Positions 48,301 to 60,549 of a DNA stretch of 64,000 bases are shown here, piece by piece. The position numbers and the translations under genes were made by a program. The notes beneath the pieces were generated by a model. The model was not told where the DNA came from and searched no databases. It saw nothing but the letters and a program-made list of their open reading frames with translations. How positions within the stretch are numbered: position 1 is the stretch's first letter; every line of letters begins with the position of its first letter. This stretch comes from Klebsormidium nitens (taxonomy: Eukaryota; Plantae; Klebsormidiophyceae). Where the stretch lies: contig DF237258.1 in the NCBI GenBank assembly GCA_000708835.1, positions 1-64,000 of the forward strand. Direction: 5' to 3'.

Positions 48301-51146
48301 GCCGCATCCGGCACCCCAACCTGCTGGGCCTCATCGGCTACTGCGCCGACGGCGGCGAGCGCGCGCTCGTGTACCCGCTCATGGCCAACCAGTCGCTGCA
48401 CACACAGCTGCACGGTGAGGCGACCATTGTTCTGTTTGGAAAACCTACCCTATACCCTCTGTTCCGGCTGCAAACCATCTTCCAGATCGCGTTCTCGCCC
48501 GTCCCTCAACATGGGGATGACTGGCGTATGCAACATTAGCTCTTGATCTTTCAAATATTCCAACGCGTTGCTGAGATCGAACTGTAGGCGCCGATTAACT
48601 TTGGGCGCTGACTACACGGCCTGTTGAACGAAGCAGGTTCATTTCTTCAGTAGATTCTCTTGAAGCCTCTTTATGAAAAGGCCTCAGAAAGAAAAAGCAA
48701 GTCGGACTCGGATTTCAGGAGCCAGACTCCTGAAATCATTTTCAGGAGACTCGACGAGCCGAAAGCCCATGAAAAACCAAAGATTTGAATCTGGTTGCAC
48801 AAGGTTTTGGTTCATTACGCCGACTCCGAAGCCGTGAGTCAGCTTCTGATCCCTTCTGAAATTGCCTCCGCAGAGCGGCGAGCGGCGCACACCCTGGGCA
48901 GCTGGCGCACGCGGCTGACGATCGCGGTCCAGAGCGCGCGCGCGCTCGCGTACCTGCACGACGAGGCGTCCCCGCCAGTGATCCACCGCGACTTCACTAG
49001 CAGCAACGTGCTGCTGGACGGCGACTGGACGGCCGTCGTGTCCGACTTCGGCCTGGCCAAGCTGCTGCCACAGGCCGGCGTGCCCAACGCCACGCAGTCC
49101 ACGCGCCTGCACGGCACTCTGGGCTACCTCGCGCCAGAGTGAGTCGACGCGGCGGGGAGAAGCTCCTCAGGACTTTGTTTTGCTGGAGGTATCTTCCGGG
49201 GAACACGTCAAGCTTACGATCAGTTGGTTGAATGCAAACACTTACTTTGCGTCCATAAGAACCAATTTTCGGAAACTTGAGAGTTGTTCTTGTCGATGAT
49301 TTTAACGTGTCGAGTCGGCTCCACGACTTCCTTTGCAAGAGGGAGAGCTCCTCTCCGTAGATTGAAAAGCTTCGCAACGTTGGCGCGTCCTTCGTCGCTG
49401 CACCGCCTACCGCGTTCAAACAACCGTGGCAAGCAAGCCTCTTGACAGCACTGCCGGCATTTGCTGACGTGGCCCCGCTCCGCAGGTACTTGCGTGGTCA
49501 GGTGACGGAGAAGAACGACGTGTACAGCTTTGGCGTGGTGTTGCTGGAGCTGCTGTCGGGGCGGCGCGCGCTGGTGAGCGAGCAGTTCGACCTGGTGCAG
49601 TGGGCCACCGCCATCATCCGGGGGCCGCCGCCCATCCTCGACAAAATCCTGGACCTCTCCATCAAGGTAAACTTTGCACTCCTTAACAATCATTTCTCCC
49701 CAGGTTCATGTAATTTCTCTGACAACTCGATCCGCAGTTCTGGCAGCCGCATGCTCCACTCTTGAGGAGTTTGCTGCGGGGTTCTTGAGCACTTGAACAG
49801 CTCTGTCTTTTCCTTGCTCTTGTAAGATTTTGGACCTCTCCATTAAAGTTAAACGAACAGGGGTTTTTGCGGTTTACCGTGGTTGGTTACGGGCTGGTTA
49901 TGTGTTCTGTGACCAGACCCGAGCAGTAACAAGACTTGAAAAAATGGTGAGGGCCGGTCATTGGTCGACGCAAGGTCTCATTACCCAGCCTGATTGGCAT
50001 TCCGATTCTGTCCGGTTTTGCGCGCACTCGTCAGCTTCGAGTCATAGTCACCCTCTTATCAGCTCTCGCGGCAGCTCAATTGCCCTCTTGAATCGTCCGC
50101 GTGCGCTTGATTCCAAGTTGAATATGTATTCCCTTTCGTTGTGTTTCCTTGCGTGACGATTGGAGAAGGCCCCGGTCAGATGGCAGATTTTCCAAGCAAC
50201 TTTTGTGGACGGTGGTTTGTGAAAGTGCTGACTTGAGCACCCTGTTCGTAGACGAAATCCGAAATAGGACGTGTTGTATCTGAGGGGACGGGATTGCTCG
50301 TGGGTGATATTGTGAAGCGAATTGGTTCTATCGTCGACGTTCCAGTAGGCAAAGAACAATTTCCTTAAAGTCGTGTTGAGATTGGAGATGTTTTTGTCCC
50401 ATATTGCTTACTTACAAAAAATTTTAGTCTCACAACGGTTCACTGAACCTTTTTTGTTTCTCACAAAAAAGTGTAGCAAAGCAAAAAAAAGACAGTGTTC
50501 TTGGCACACGCTCATCTTAATTCACTCGCTTTGTGTGCAGACGGACATTCCGCTGGCCGCGCTTCAAACTGCCATTCGCGTCGCCGCCAGCTGCGTAGAG
50601 ACGGACCCCAAGCGCCGGCCCAGGATGGCGGACGTCGTGAGGACGCTGGGGGCCGCGCTCGAGGTACGGGGCTTGCCACATCGCCTCTCTTCTTGCTTCT
50701 TCTCATTTTCTTCTTGTGAATATTACAGTGGCAAGAAGAGGACTCGTCTTCCTTGGAACTCCAATGCGGGGGATTGCAAGAACATCTGAAACTAGAAGAA
50801 AAGCAAGTCAGGATTGACTCCCCTGAACCTGATGCTTTCGTGCCGCGGTTGCTACGGGACACCTTTGACGGCACCAATTATTGGTCAGCCAGTTTCGCTG
50901 ACCGTCTCCCCCGCCCTTTCTCCGCAGGAGGCGTATGGGCCCGACGCAAACCCCGCGCGCGCGGACCGCGCGATGTCGGCTGTCGGCCCCGTGGCCGCGA
51001 TCGCGGGCGTGCCTGAGGATGCGGCGGTGCATGATGATGACGCGCGCAGCACGGGCAGCTTCGATTATCGCCTCGCGGAGGGCACCGGCTCGCAGCCCTC
51101 AACAGGCAGCATCGACGTGTCCGGAGAGGAGCGCACCAGCGCGTGA
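42321..51146 (+). CDS. Leucine-rich-repeat receptor-like kinase (RLK/Pelle), multi-exon
   Basis: Signal peptide [25 protein letters not shown]-cap ([17 protein letters not shown]), about 8 plant-type LRRs ([26 protein letters not shown]), Pro/Ala/Gly/Thr-rich linker, TM ([26 protein letters not shown]) and a kinase domain ([64 protein letters not shown]). Confidence 0.94.
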
Positions 51147-52466
51147 GAGCGCGCGCGCGCCACGTGGTCATGTGACTAACTTAGGACGGGGGGATCATTC
51201 TCCAGCGCAAACGTTGAAAGGTAGTGTTGCTTGCAGAGAGATGGCAATGGCGGGGCAATGGCGAGGGATTGTTGGAATAAGGAAGCATGGGTCTGGGAAA
51301 GAAGAAAGGGACGAGGTCTGGCGAGCGAGAAGAGGAGGTTGCTCTAGGACAGCTATGCTTGCATACCTTGCAGTTAGGACTGCTATGACCAACTCTCACC
51401 GTAAGGTAGATCTTGACTCCTAACGCCGTTAATTGGGAGATTTGGCCTGCGAGGCAGGTTATAGTTTGGACGCTGGAGGGGCAAGGATGAGCTTCGACTT
51501 TGAAGAATGTCGTTCTTGTTCCTTCGGTTAGGATCGGGGCTTGGTGGGCAGATTAACTTTGTAGGTAGATGAACGGTAATCGTTTGACCAAGGATCAACA
51601 ATGTATATTAGTTTAGGTGTCCAAAACTGAGCCGCGGGGGTACAGCAGCCAGTAAAGATTCGAGCGACAGGGCGACACGTAGACAGGGCACGGAGCTTGT
51701 TCCTGCCCCGTGTATTATAAGACAGTACATAGCTCGAAACGATTAAGAAAGTTGGGGCGTGCCCCGATTTGACGGTATGGGCGCACCGTCATTGTACCAT
51801 CCTCTGACCAAGCCTTGTTGATCTAGTTCTCTTCAAAGGATTGTGCTGGTTCCTGTCATTTCATGCTGCATATGACTACGGATCGACGCTTTTCTTTAAG
51901 ATATGCAGCTGTGTTTGATCCCAGATTTGCTACGTGAGGTGACTGCACTATATGTTACCTATTCTGCATGGACGATGATAAATTTTATATAGCGAGCAAC
52001 CAACATGGAGCACGATTCGGATGGTAAATCAAATCTTGTTTCGAGAGAACTGTAAGAAGGCGGCTGTATGCTTTCGCTAGAACATACAAAGAGACCATGA
52101 GCATAGGTACTGGACTCATGCAATATTCCAAACGCTGTCATGGAGTAAGGTGCCACTGCAAAAGCATGTTAGGCCAAGACGAAGCATGCCGCGGCGTGGC
52201 GCTTTCATGGCAGTTTGTCCTTGAGGGTGGATCTGATCCCGGCCCTTCGAAATAATGCAGAGAGTTGCCAGCAAAATATCCAGGACAGTTACAAAAGCAG
52301 GGAACTTCGGATTGGAAAACGACAACAACGTCGTTTGCAACTTTCTTCAGACTGCAAATTCATATCGGACCTTAGTCCTGCGGCTAGTCTGGTTCAAGCT
52401 GGATCTTTGGCGACCGCATGACTAACTCCTAAGTCGACGTTCTATTACCTTACTGGTCCGAGCTAC

Positions 52467-54607
52467 TCAGGCTAGAAGCGGTTCGTCCCTGGGCCCCCTT
52501 AATCTGGCCGCTACCAGACGGCACCCCGCCGCAGCGGCCTTGCCCACCTGCCTCACGACCGTCCACACGAGACACGCGCCAAGGTACGCGAAGAAGGCAC
52601 CCAGTGCTAGGACTGCCCACGTTTTCACAAAGCCGCAGACGAACAGGCCAGCAAAGATACCCATTGGATCCGGCCTGCCTTGCAGCGTGGCCTCAAGCGG
52701 GGGCCACACGAAGATCCCTGCCCAAAACAGCTGGATAGTCATCCACTTGGCGTCGGTGGACATGAAGGCGAACACTCCCCAGACAAACAGGTAGTCGAGC
52801 AGCACGGCCAGGCAGAGGATGAGGTCCGCGAGCTGGAAAAAAGCAACTGCCCTATCCAACTCCTGGAGAGCTCTTTGGAACCGATACGCGGACTGAACTT
52901 CCTCTTCCACAAGGGCCAGGAAGGCGTCGTCAAAAGCTTCGTCTCTTTCCGTTCCGCCCTCTGCCCCTTCCGTTTGCAGCGGAGCCCCTCCGCGGTACCG
53001 CATGCGCACGAGCCTCACCCGGGCGCCCCGCTCCGAAGCGCACAGCTCTTTGAGTTTGGAGAGAACCTGCTGAAATCCGCCCGCGCTTTTGGAGTAAAAG
53101 GCTGGCCGCAAGTGGATTGCGACCTCCGAGACATGTTCGTTCCGGTCTAAGAACAGCGCAACGGACTCGAGGTCCGTCACAGACAGCGGAAAGTCGAGCT
53201 CTAGAGTGTGAAGGCCCGTGCTCCTCTGCAGCTCTGCGCAACCCAAAATGGCCCGCGCCATGTCCGGCTTCTCGAACGGAAAGTGCTGTTCGAAGACCAC
53301 GCAGCCGATACCGCAATCCCCGATCAAACCGCAGAGGAAGCGGAATCGATCCCCCTTCAGCAGGCAGTTCCGGAAGACCAAGCGGAGCTTGTCGGGCGAC
53401 TCTTGGAGATATTGCCGCAGCTCTTCGAGGAGTGGGGGCTTGGCTTCTTCTAGAAGCTCGAAGACTACAGTCTCACTGACGACTTTGGCCGTTGCACCTC
53501 TCATGCCCGACGCAGACCTGCCTGAGATCGCTTCCACCTTTTCTCTGAGCTCGACTAGCGAAAAGATTTTGTCGACGAACATTTGGTAGGCAGCTTTTGA
53601 ACCCTCAAACTCAGGCGCCGTGGAAGCAGCCACACGCTCCAGCTTGGATTCAATCGCTTCGTATTCAGGGGCTGCGTCTTGGCCTTGCGCATAAGAGTTG
53701 AAGCGGCTCAGGCATTCCGGCCTCCAGGGATGGACTCCGGTCACTAACAGGTTCACGTGCAGCGAGCAGTCGAGGGCCAGGCTGCGGATGACGTCAAGCA
53801 CAGGGTGGTTGGAGACAAAGCCAGGGTCGCTTTCTCCGTCCATCTTTAGGTCCACGTGATACCCTCAGGCCGCTGAAAGAGCGATGATGCAGGCTGCCAG
53901 GAAGTTTGGGTACAAGTTCACTGCTCCAGAGACGTCAAGGCAGACTGCCCGCTTTGATGACCCCTTGCCTGCAGGCTGCTTTACGCCTCGGAGGCGGGCC
54001 AGCACCTTCCTTGCGAAAGCAGCAGGACTGTGGGCCAGCTTTGGGCAGGCCAGAAGGAGATTCCATGCTGCTGTAGCTATTCTCGGGATGCGGTTGTATT
54101 GCTCAAAGAACCAGAGGGAGCACGTCTCCTCAGCAAACTTAAGTCGGCCCCACTCCTCAGGCACTGCCGTGTAATGGACCCTAAGCGGCACTATCAGGCC
54201 GAGATTGAGAAAGGTCTTGGCAAATGAACCTGAAGCTCGCGACTCTGCCCTTCCGATCTCGCTGGAATATTCCACTTTGTGTTCCAAATAGCTTGTGGTG
54301 ACGTCAGCCAGGGTCGCGGCCATGCGTCTGATCTGCGGTGCAGCTGCCTGCATGCCTGGGTCAATCCGGCCCAGCAGACACAAGATCTGCTCTTCCGTGC
54401 ATTCAAAAACATCATGTCACCGAGCTCGATGTCCCGCCACAGCTCCGGCACCCTCAGCGTGTCCCGATGGGCTTTGTTCAACAGCTCCAGCGGCAACCGG
54501 TCCTTGAGATCAACTTTCTGCAGTATGATGCGGAGGACGTCAAGGGGGAGGGCACAGAACGCCCCTGCTTCGCCTGCACGAGTTGATTGGGCGTGACCTT
54601 GCGCCAT
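52467..54607 (-). pseudogene. Disrupted paralogue of the F-box/4TM gene
   Basis: Aligns end to end with 36424-38553 (F-box LPLDVLRIILQKVDLKDRL; GESDPGFVSNHPV.DVIRSLALDCSLHVNLLV; TM tail). It has a 1-nt frameshift near 54405 and an extra in-frame TGA at 53865-53867. Confidence 0.82.
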
Positions 54608-55337
54608 CTCTGCCAAGTAAGCAGCCAGATCAAGTCCTTTGCGGGCCGCCTTGTGTACGACAGTGTTTTGTCTGGGCGCGCAGGTCTCGCGCCGCGCCCA
54701 AGCGGCAGTGGATACTCAGCAAATTTCAAACCCTGGGGCAGGGTTTAAGTCCTGCCGCCGCTTGCAAACCCCCGCGCGCGATGGCAGCGAAGTCCGATCA
54801 TGAACTTCATTCGGCCAGCTGCGTGCCAGTCTCGGGTCGCAACTCGCGCGTACAGCTTTCTCAGAAACTTTCTGGCTGCTGATGCTGATCAGGGCCAAGA
54901 GCCAAACCTCCAAGCGCCACACCGGAGTCAGCATCTCCTGGCCTATGAAGGCTGATGGCGCATCAGTGTGCAAAAATGTGACAGGACAAACCAGGACAGA
55001 CTCGAGGCAAAGGTGAAAGTGGGCTCTTTCAAGGATAAGTCCATCTCATGATGAATGCAGGCTTTCTCAAAACAAAGGAACATCATGATGAAAACGTCAC
55101 GAAAACGTCTCTGCTAGCTGAGTGACACCATGAGAGGAAGTGACATGCCTGCGCCAAAACAGATGGACAGCGGGCTGCACGTGATGATAAAAGCGACTCT
55201 TTCAGCACCACGAATTCAGGGAACTTGGAGAACAGGTTGAAGTCCCGTTTCATGCACGCTCTGTGGGACAGTTATCATGTAAGGAAGCACGCATGCATAT
55301 TTGACTCTCTCTAGGCAAGTCCTCACGCAAGTCCCCA

Positions 55338-58300
55338 CTATGCGTTCAAATCCTCTGATCTCGCCGAGGGTATCCTGTGCGTTTTGAGGATGGAGGGAGT
55401 GGCGGCTTTGGCCGCGGCCGTCTCGAGCACCATGACCTGGTCGTACTCGAGGTCGAAGCGCAGGAAGGGCGCCGTCGCGGCCTCGACCATGGCGGCCAGG
55501 TGCTTCAGATTGTTGACGCGCGTGCCGTTGAAGCGCAGCACCTGCGTGTTCACGATTTCCTCGTATCCGATGTTGATGTCCGCTACCAGCACCTGGGGAA
55601 CACGGACGGCAATCAAAGCGTAAGCGTCTACTGGATACAGTGTTGGCACCACAAAGACACAAAGAGCAGCGAGCTTCGACAATATTCCACGACCAGGAGG
55701 TGTTATTAGTGCGTCGATACGTCGCGAGAAGCGAGAGGGCACGGCTCAATTCATGCGATCAGCACGTCGTTAAAGATTGGATTGAGTCTTTCGTCAGCAG
55801 AGAGAAAGGGGAGCCTTGGCCTTAACAGCTCGCACCAATCCCACGAGACGTGCTGCTTCCCTTAACCAGACTCAACGGGTTGCCCGACCTCTTGTAAACT
55901 GCCGTTCTCTCAACATCCGAACATGGCGGGGATACGGCAGGCATTCGGGTCTTGGAAAAGCCCTCCTCGATCCATCCGTAAACTTCAAAGAATTCCGGGA
56001 ACAATACCAGATTCAGACAACACGCATTTCAAGCTCCAAGACAAATGGCTGGCAGCTTTGTGACCGGCTTGACTGCCGGTCACAAATCTGCTGCACACGG
56101 TGTGCGATGCTGACCTGCGAGACGACGACGACCTGCTGGTCGGGCGCGTCGGCCATGACGTGCATCATCTTGTCCAGCAGCTTCACGGGCGCGTCGAACT
56201 CGAAGTTCTTGCCGTACTCGGACGCCAGGTACGGCACCGACACCGGTGTGAACACCAGGCCTGCGGAGCAGTGTAAAGCCTTCTTTTTTCCGAAGCAAGT
56301 GTGGAGGGAAAGGCGACAAAAGCTGTGGGCATTTCTGGGGCGACAACTGCGAACTGAATGGAGCAATGCCGTTCGAAGGAACCCAGAATCGCTCAAAAAA
56401 GCGGCCCTCTTCCTCAATGGCGGCGACACACCACAAGCTTCGTATCGAGCTCTGTTGGCAGCTTGAAGTCCTCGGCTTTGCGCGATCCTCCTTAGAAGCC
56501 CGCTTTGACCACCGTCTTGTTTATTCCAAAAGCAACGCCACACTTCCTACTCCCCTTCTCTCTCAGCACCACAACACTCTCCCCCGCGTCTCACCTGCGA
56601 CGATGTAGTAGCTGGGCGGCTTCCCCCCGGTGTGAACTGGCACCAGCCGGTTGTGGCTGCCCAGCTTGACCTGCACCTGGTGCTCGCGCCCCTCGCGCAG
56701 GATGGTCAGCCGCGCCGTCTCGCCCGTGTACCGCTGTGACACCAGGTACGAGAACGCGATGCGCTCGCCGCGCCGGAACGGGACGGTGCCGTCGTTGGCC
56801 ACGTCAACGCCGTCGAAACTGCGGAGCAAACACGGGCGCTGGAGCGAGAATCCGAAAGAAAAGCTTTCTTAAAGTTCGCTATCTGATTCGACGTACCTTT
56901 GCGCAGAAGGTAACTGTCGTGTGTCAGCAAACGAGATCGGTAAAGCAGACTCGCTTGATGATTACACCAACGGATCAACAAACGCAAATTGCACCCTTCC
57001 TCCTCCGATCGACTCCGTTCATGCTGCTATCTACCTACTCAGACACTTGTAGTCGGACCTTGACTGGAATTCTTACCTGAGCAGAATGTCCGATGCCTGG
57101 AGCTGCTCGGCCGAGGGTGCCGTGGGCTCAACTCGGCGGACTCGAACACCCTTCTGATGATCCTGCAGTACACAAGAGATGGCACATTCAGACTCAGGGA
57201 GCGGGATTGACAACAGACAAGAGCTGACGATGCAATGTACAACCACCATGTGAGATATGTGGAAACACAGAGACTATCGGCAAGAAGAAAGGTCACGCAA
57301 TACATTCTGAAATATGGACCAAGCACAGGCTGTAACGATCCGATCGGTTTATCCCTCAAAAGTTCAGAAACACTGCTTTCAGCAAACAAGAACCTTCAAG
57401 CCCTCGTTTGCGACCTCAGGCGAAAAGTGAGGTGCACGACGAGCCCGGCAGAGCAGATGAGAGCGGTTCAAGTGACTATATTGAAGTATTGAACGTTTCG
57501 AAAATGAGCTTTCGGTTGGTTTGATGTGTCTCACCGTCATCCCCAGGGCTTTTCGCAGCTGCGGGTTCTCCATCTTCTGCCACTCAATCCCCAGGATGGG
57601 GAACCCGGTGTAGCCCCCCGTGCGCTCAAAGTCGGTGATGAAGTGGTTGATCACGGGCGTCGGGATCACATACCCGATGTTCTCTGCGTCCTCGTTTTTC
57701 AGCGACTGGAATGCGATGCCCACGCAGTTCCCCGACTCATTAAATGCGGGCCCCCCGGAGTTGCCAGCATTGATTGCCGCATCGATTTGCACGCCTAGCA
57801 GCTCGCTGCTCCCATGGGCGTACGACGTGACCTCAATCCGCGAGACGACCCCGCTCGTCACGGAGATGGTGTCGCCCCCAATCGGATACCCAACGACAGT
57901 CACAGAGTCCTGGCGGCGAGGTAGTCTAGAATCAGGTGAAGCACTTGAAAGTAATTGATGCATATACTGCTGTGATCGGCCAAAGCCTATTGCAGAACGT
58001 ACAGATGGAATCTGAGAGTCAGATTATGAAATCCAGTCGAAAATGGACCATCTCAAGGCACCCTTTTGCCAATACATGCTGATGTTTGCGAAGAACCTCT
58101 ACATGTGTGGACAGGAGAGATCAATCAGGAGGAACAGCAAGAAGTTTGCAAAAGTAGCATACCAACCGCAAGCAGCAAAAGCTGAACGGGCGAGGCCTGG
58201 ACTGACCTGCAACCGGGGGAGGCTTCCAAACTCGAGCGGCGTCACCCCTTCCCAGAAATCGTCGTCCTCCACCGTGAGCATGGCAATGTCGCACTCGGTC

Positions 58301-59649
58301 CCAATCGCCAGAACGGTGGCCAGAAACTTGGTGTCGGAGCCCCGCTTTTTGACTTTGACCTGGACCACAACAGGACAACATTAAAGTGTTCTAGAAATAG
58401 GTGGAATTGAGATACAAGTATTGGCATAAAGGTCTTGCCGAAGGAGACCTTCGGCACCGGATCAGGGTAGGTTTGCCGACCATGGAGTCAAAGCCCTAAC
58501 TGAAGTTGGCATAGAGTTGTCTTCGCGTCCGCAGAAAGTCCTTGCTGTGTATTGGCGGCCCACAAGCAGCAAGCAGAGAACCGATAGCACACAGCCCGTC
58601 AATCGGACTTTCCCACCAGTCAGAAACTACGTCTCTAGGGATTTCGCATCCAGCGCAAGCCGACAAGCAAAGGACGAGCCTTTCTAATCCCGATTATCAC
58701 GTCCCTAGCATCTCCCCCTCACCTGTGTGTGATGCTCGACACTGTGAGCGTTGGTTAGCACGCGCCGCCCTCCGATGATGAAACCGCTCGAGTTGGAGCT
58801 GAACTGGCGCTTGCGTTGCCATGGAAGCGAGTAATTGGGCTCTGTATGAGTGCAGAACACCTTCACCACCGCGTCCATGAACGGCGCATCCTCTTCCTCC
58901 AAGCCGCCATCGTCATGGCCCTGAACTTGGGCGGGTGGTGGTGATCGGCGGCTGCGGCCAGTCTTCCGCTGCGGAGTTTCTCGGGGTGGCAACTCATAGC
59001 CTGGGACAAAGAGAGAGTCAAACAAAGTATGAATGATGACCAAAGCGCGGCATTGAAAGGCAGAACTGATCCCTATGCTCCAGAAGCAAAGCAGCAGTGC
59101 ACACAAAGGGTTTATCTTCTAATTGCAACTTTTCTACTTCCGACACAACCACCACCACCACCACCATTACCAAAACCAGATTTTACAGTCCCCAGAGCAG
59201 ATAGTAATCATCAGAAATGCACCTGGCGCTGGCAAACCCTTGTCCGCCCGGCGACCCCTGGTGCCTGGCCCTCCCCCAGTGGCGCCGCTTCTGCCTTTCC
59301 GCCCGTCTTGGTCTTTCCTCACACCGCCTTTATTGTTCTTGCGTGCCGGTCCAACCGGAACGTCATCGGAGCTGGTCTCTGCATGCTGCCCGCTGGCGCC
59401 AGGTTTATTGTCATTGACCGCTGCTTTCCCGGCCCGCCTGCGCAAGGAAGGTGGCGTGGCAGTGTCCACTATGTCCTCCTCAACGTTTGGGGCAGGTTCG
59501 GTCACATGCATGCGCTCTGGTTCTGGAAGCACCTCCCGTTCAAGGACTATTTCAGGGCCGTCCAAGGAAGGGAGGCCAGCTAGAGCAGCATCTTCGCCCG
59601 CCGGATTCAATTTTGCCTTCTTCCGACCACGCGTTTCCCTGCTGGCCAT
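55338..59649 (-). CDS. DEG9: Deg/HtrA serine protease, DEG9-like (multi-exon)
   Basis: [24 protein letters not shown]; catalytic triad in [14 protein letters not shown] and GNSGGP; PDZ regions ([34 protein letters not shown]). Basic N-terminal extension with NLS-like RGRKKAK. Confidence 0.94.
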
Positions 59650-60549
59650 CGCAGAAGGCGGTCTTGACGCCTGAGGAGAAGCTGAGTGCGCAAATGGGCG
59701 TTCTTGTGCGCCCAAAGACAATGTCAGCTCACAACTGCATACCGTGACGCTGACCTATTTTGCTGAGGCGTAATAAAGTCCTAAAGTCCTATAATAATAT
59801 CATGCAGCTAGCTCATTGCAGGCATTTTAGCCTCGAGCCGACGGACGTGCTGTCGGGGCCCTGGGCCGACCGTACGCGACGAGCGCCGCCGCCCGCTCGC
59901 GCGGCCGCCGTCGCTCGACATGATCAAATTGCAATGCCGCGGCCAGTGGCCGCGCAGCGTGGACCAAATACGCAGCTGCGAAGCAGGCATGCAGTGAGAT
60001 GGCGTCGGACTGAAGCGTGAAAGATACCCGTTAAGGATCAAGGCATGGCATTGAAAACTTTGAAAATGGTGTAAGTTCACTAAAGCATACTTTCCTAAAT
60101 AATATTCAAGACGAAAACGTCCAAGTGTTATCCTGACAAAAGTTGGCGTAACGACTGTAACGAGTCAGTCCTCTAGTCTGAATGCCACGTCAAGGTTGCA
60201 TCTGGAAAACAAGGTATCCGGCTTGTCCCTGGCTGCTTGATGAGTGTGCAACTGTATTCAAACCGTATATTGCGCACCTTAGAAACATCGATGATATTTC
60301 TATGCAGTATCAGCTAATACAAGGTTCTAACAGACACCAACGCTACAATCCGTTCATTTTGCTTCGACGTCCCTTCGTGTGCAACTACTGCGACGAAGCC
60401 TTTTCATTGACAACGACGAACCATGCTAGTACGTACAGGCGCTACAGTTGGTGCCTCCAATCCATCCTGTCAAAAAGCCGCTCGAGATGACACCATTTGC
60501 ACAGCTCACACCGTCATGAAACTCCAACCAAGCCCGCTCAATGTCAAAA

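Noticed and set aside
53865-53867. In-frame TGA as selenocysteine or a transposon footprint
   Set aside because: There is no Cys at the aligned position in the paralogue, the gene also has a frameshift, and the triplet is not a duplication of adjacent bases.
55045-55125. ATGATGA...CTGA resembling a C/D-box snoRNA
   Set aside because: No terminal stem and no recognisable rRNA-antisense guide.
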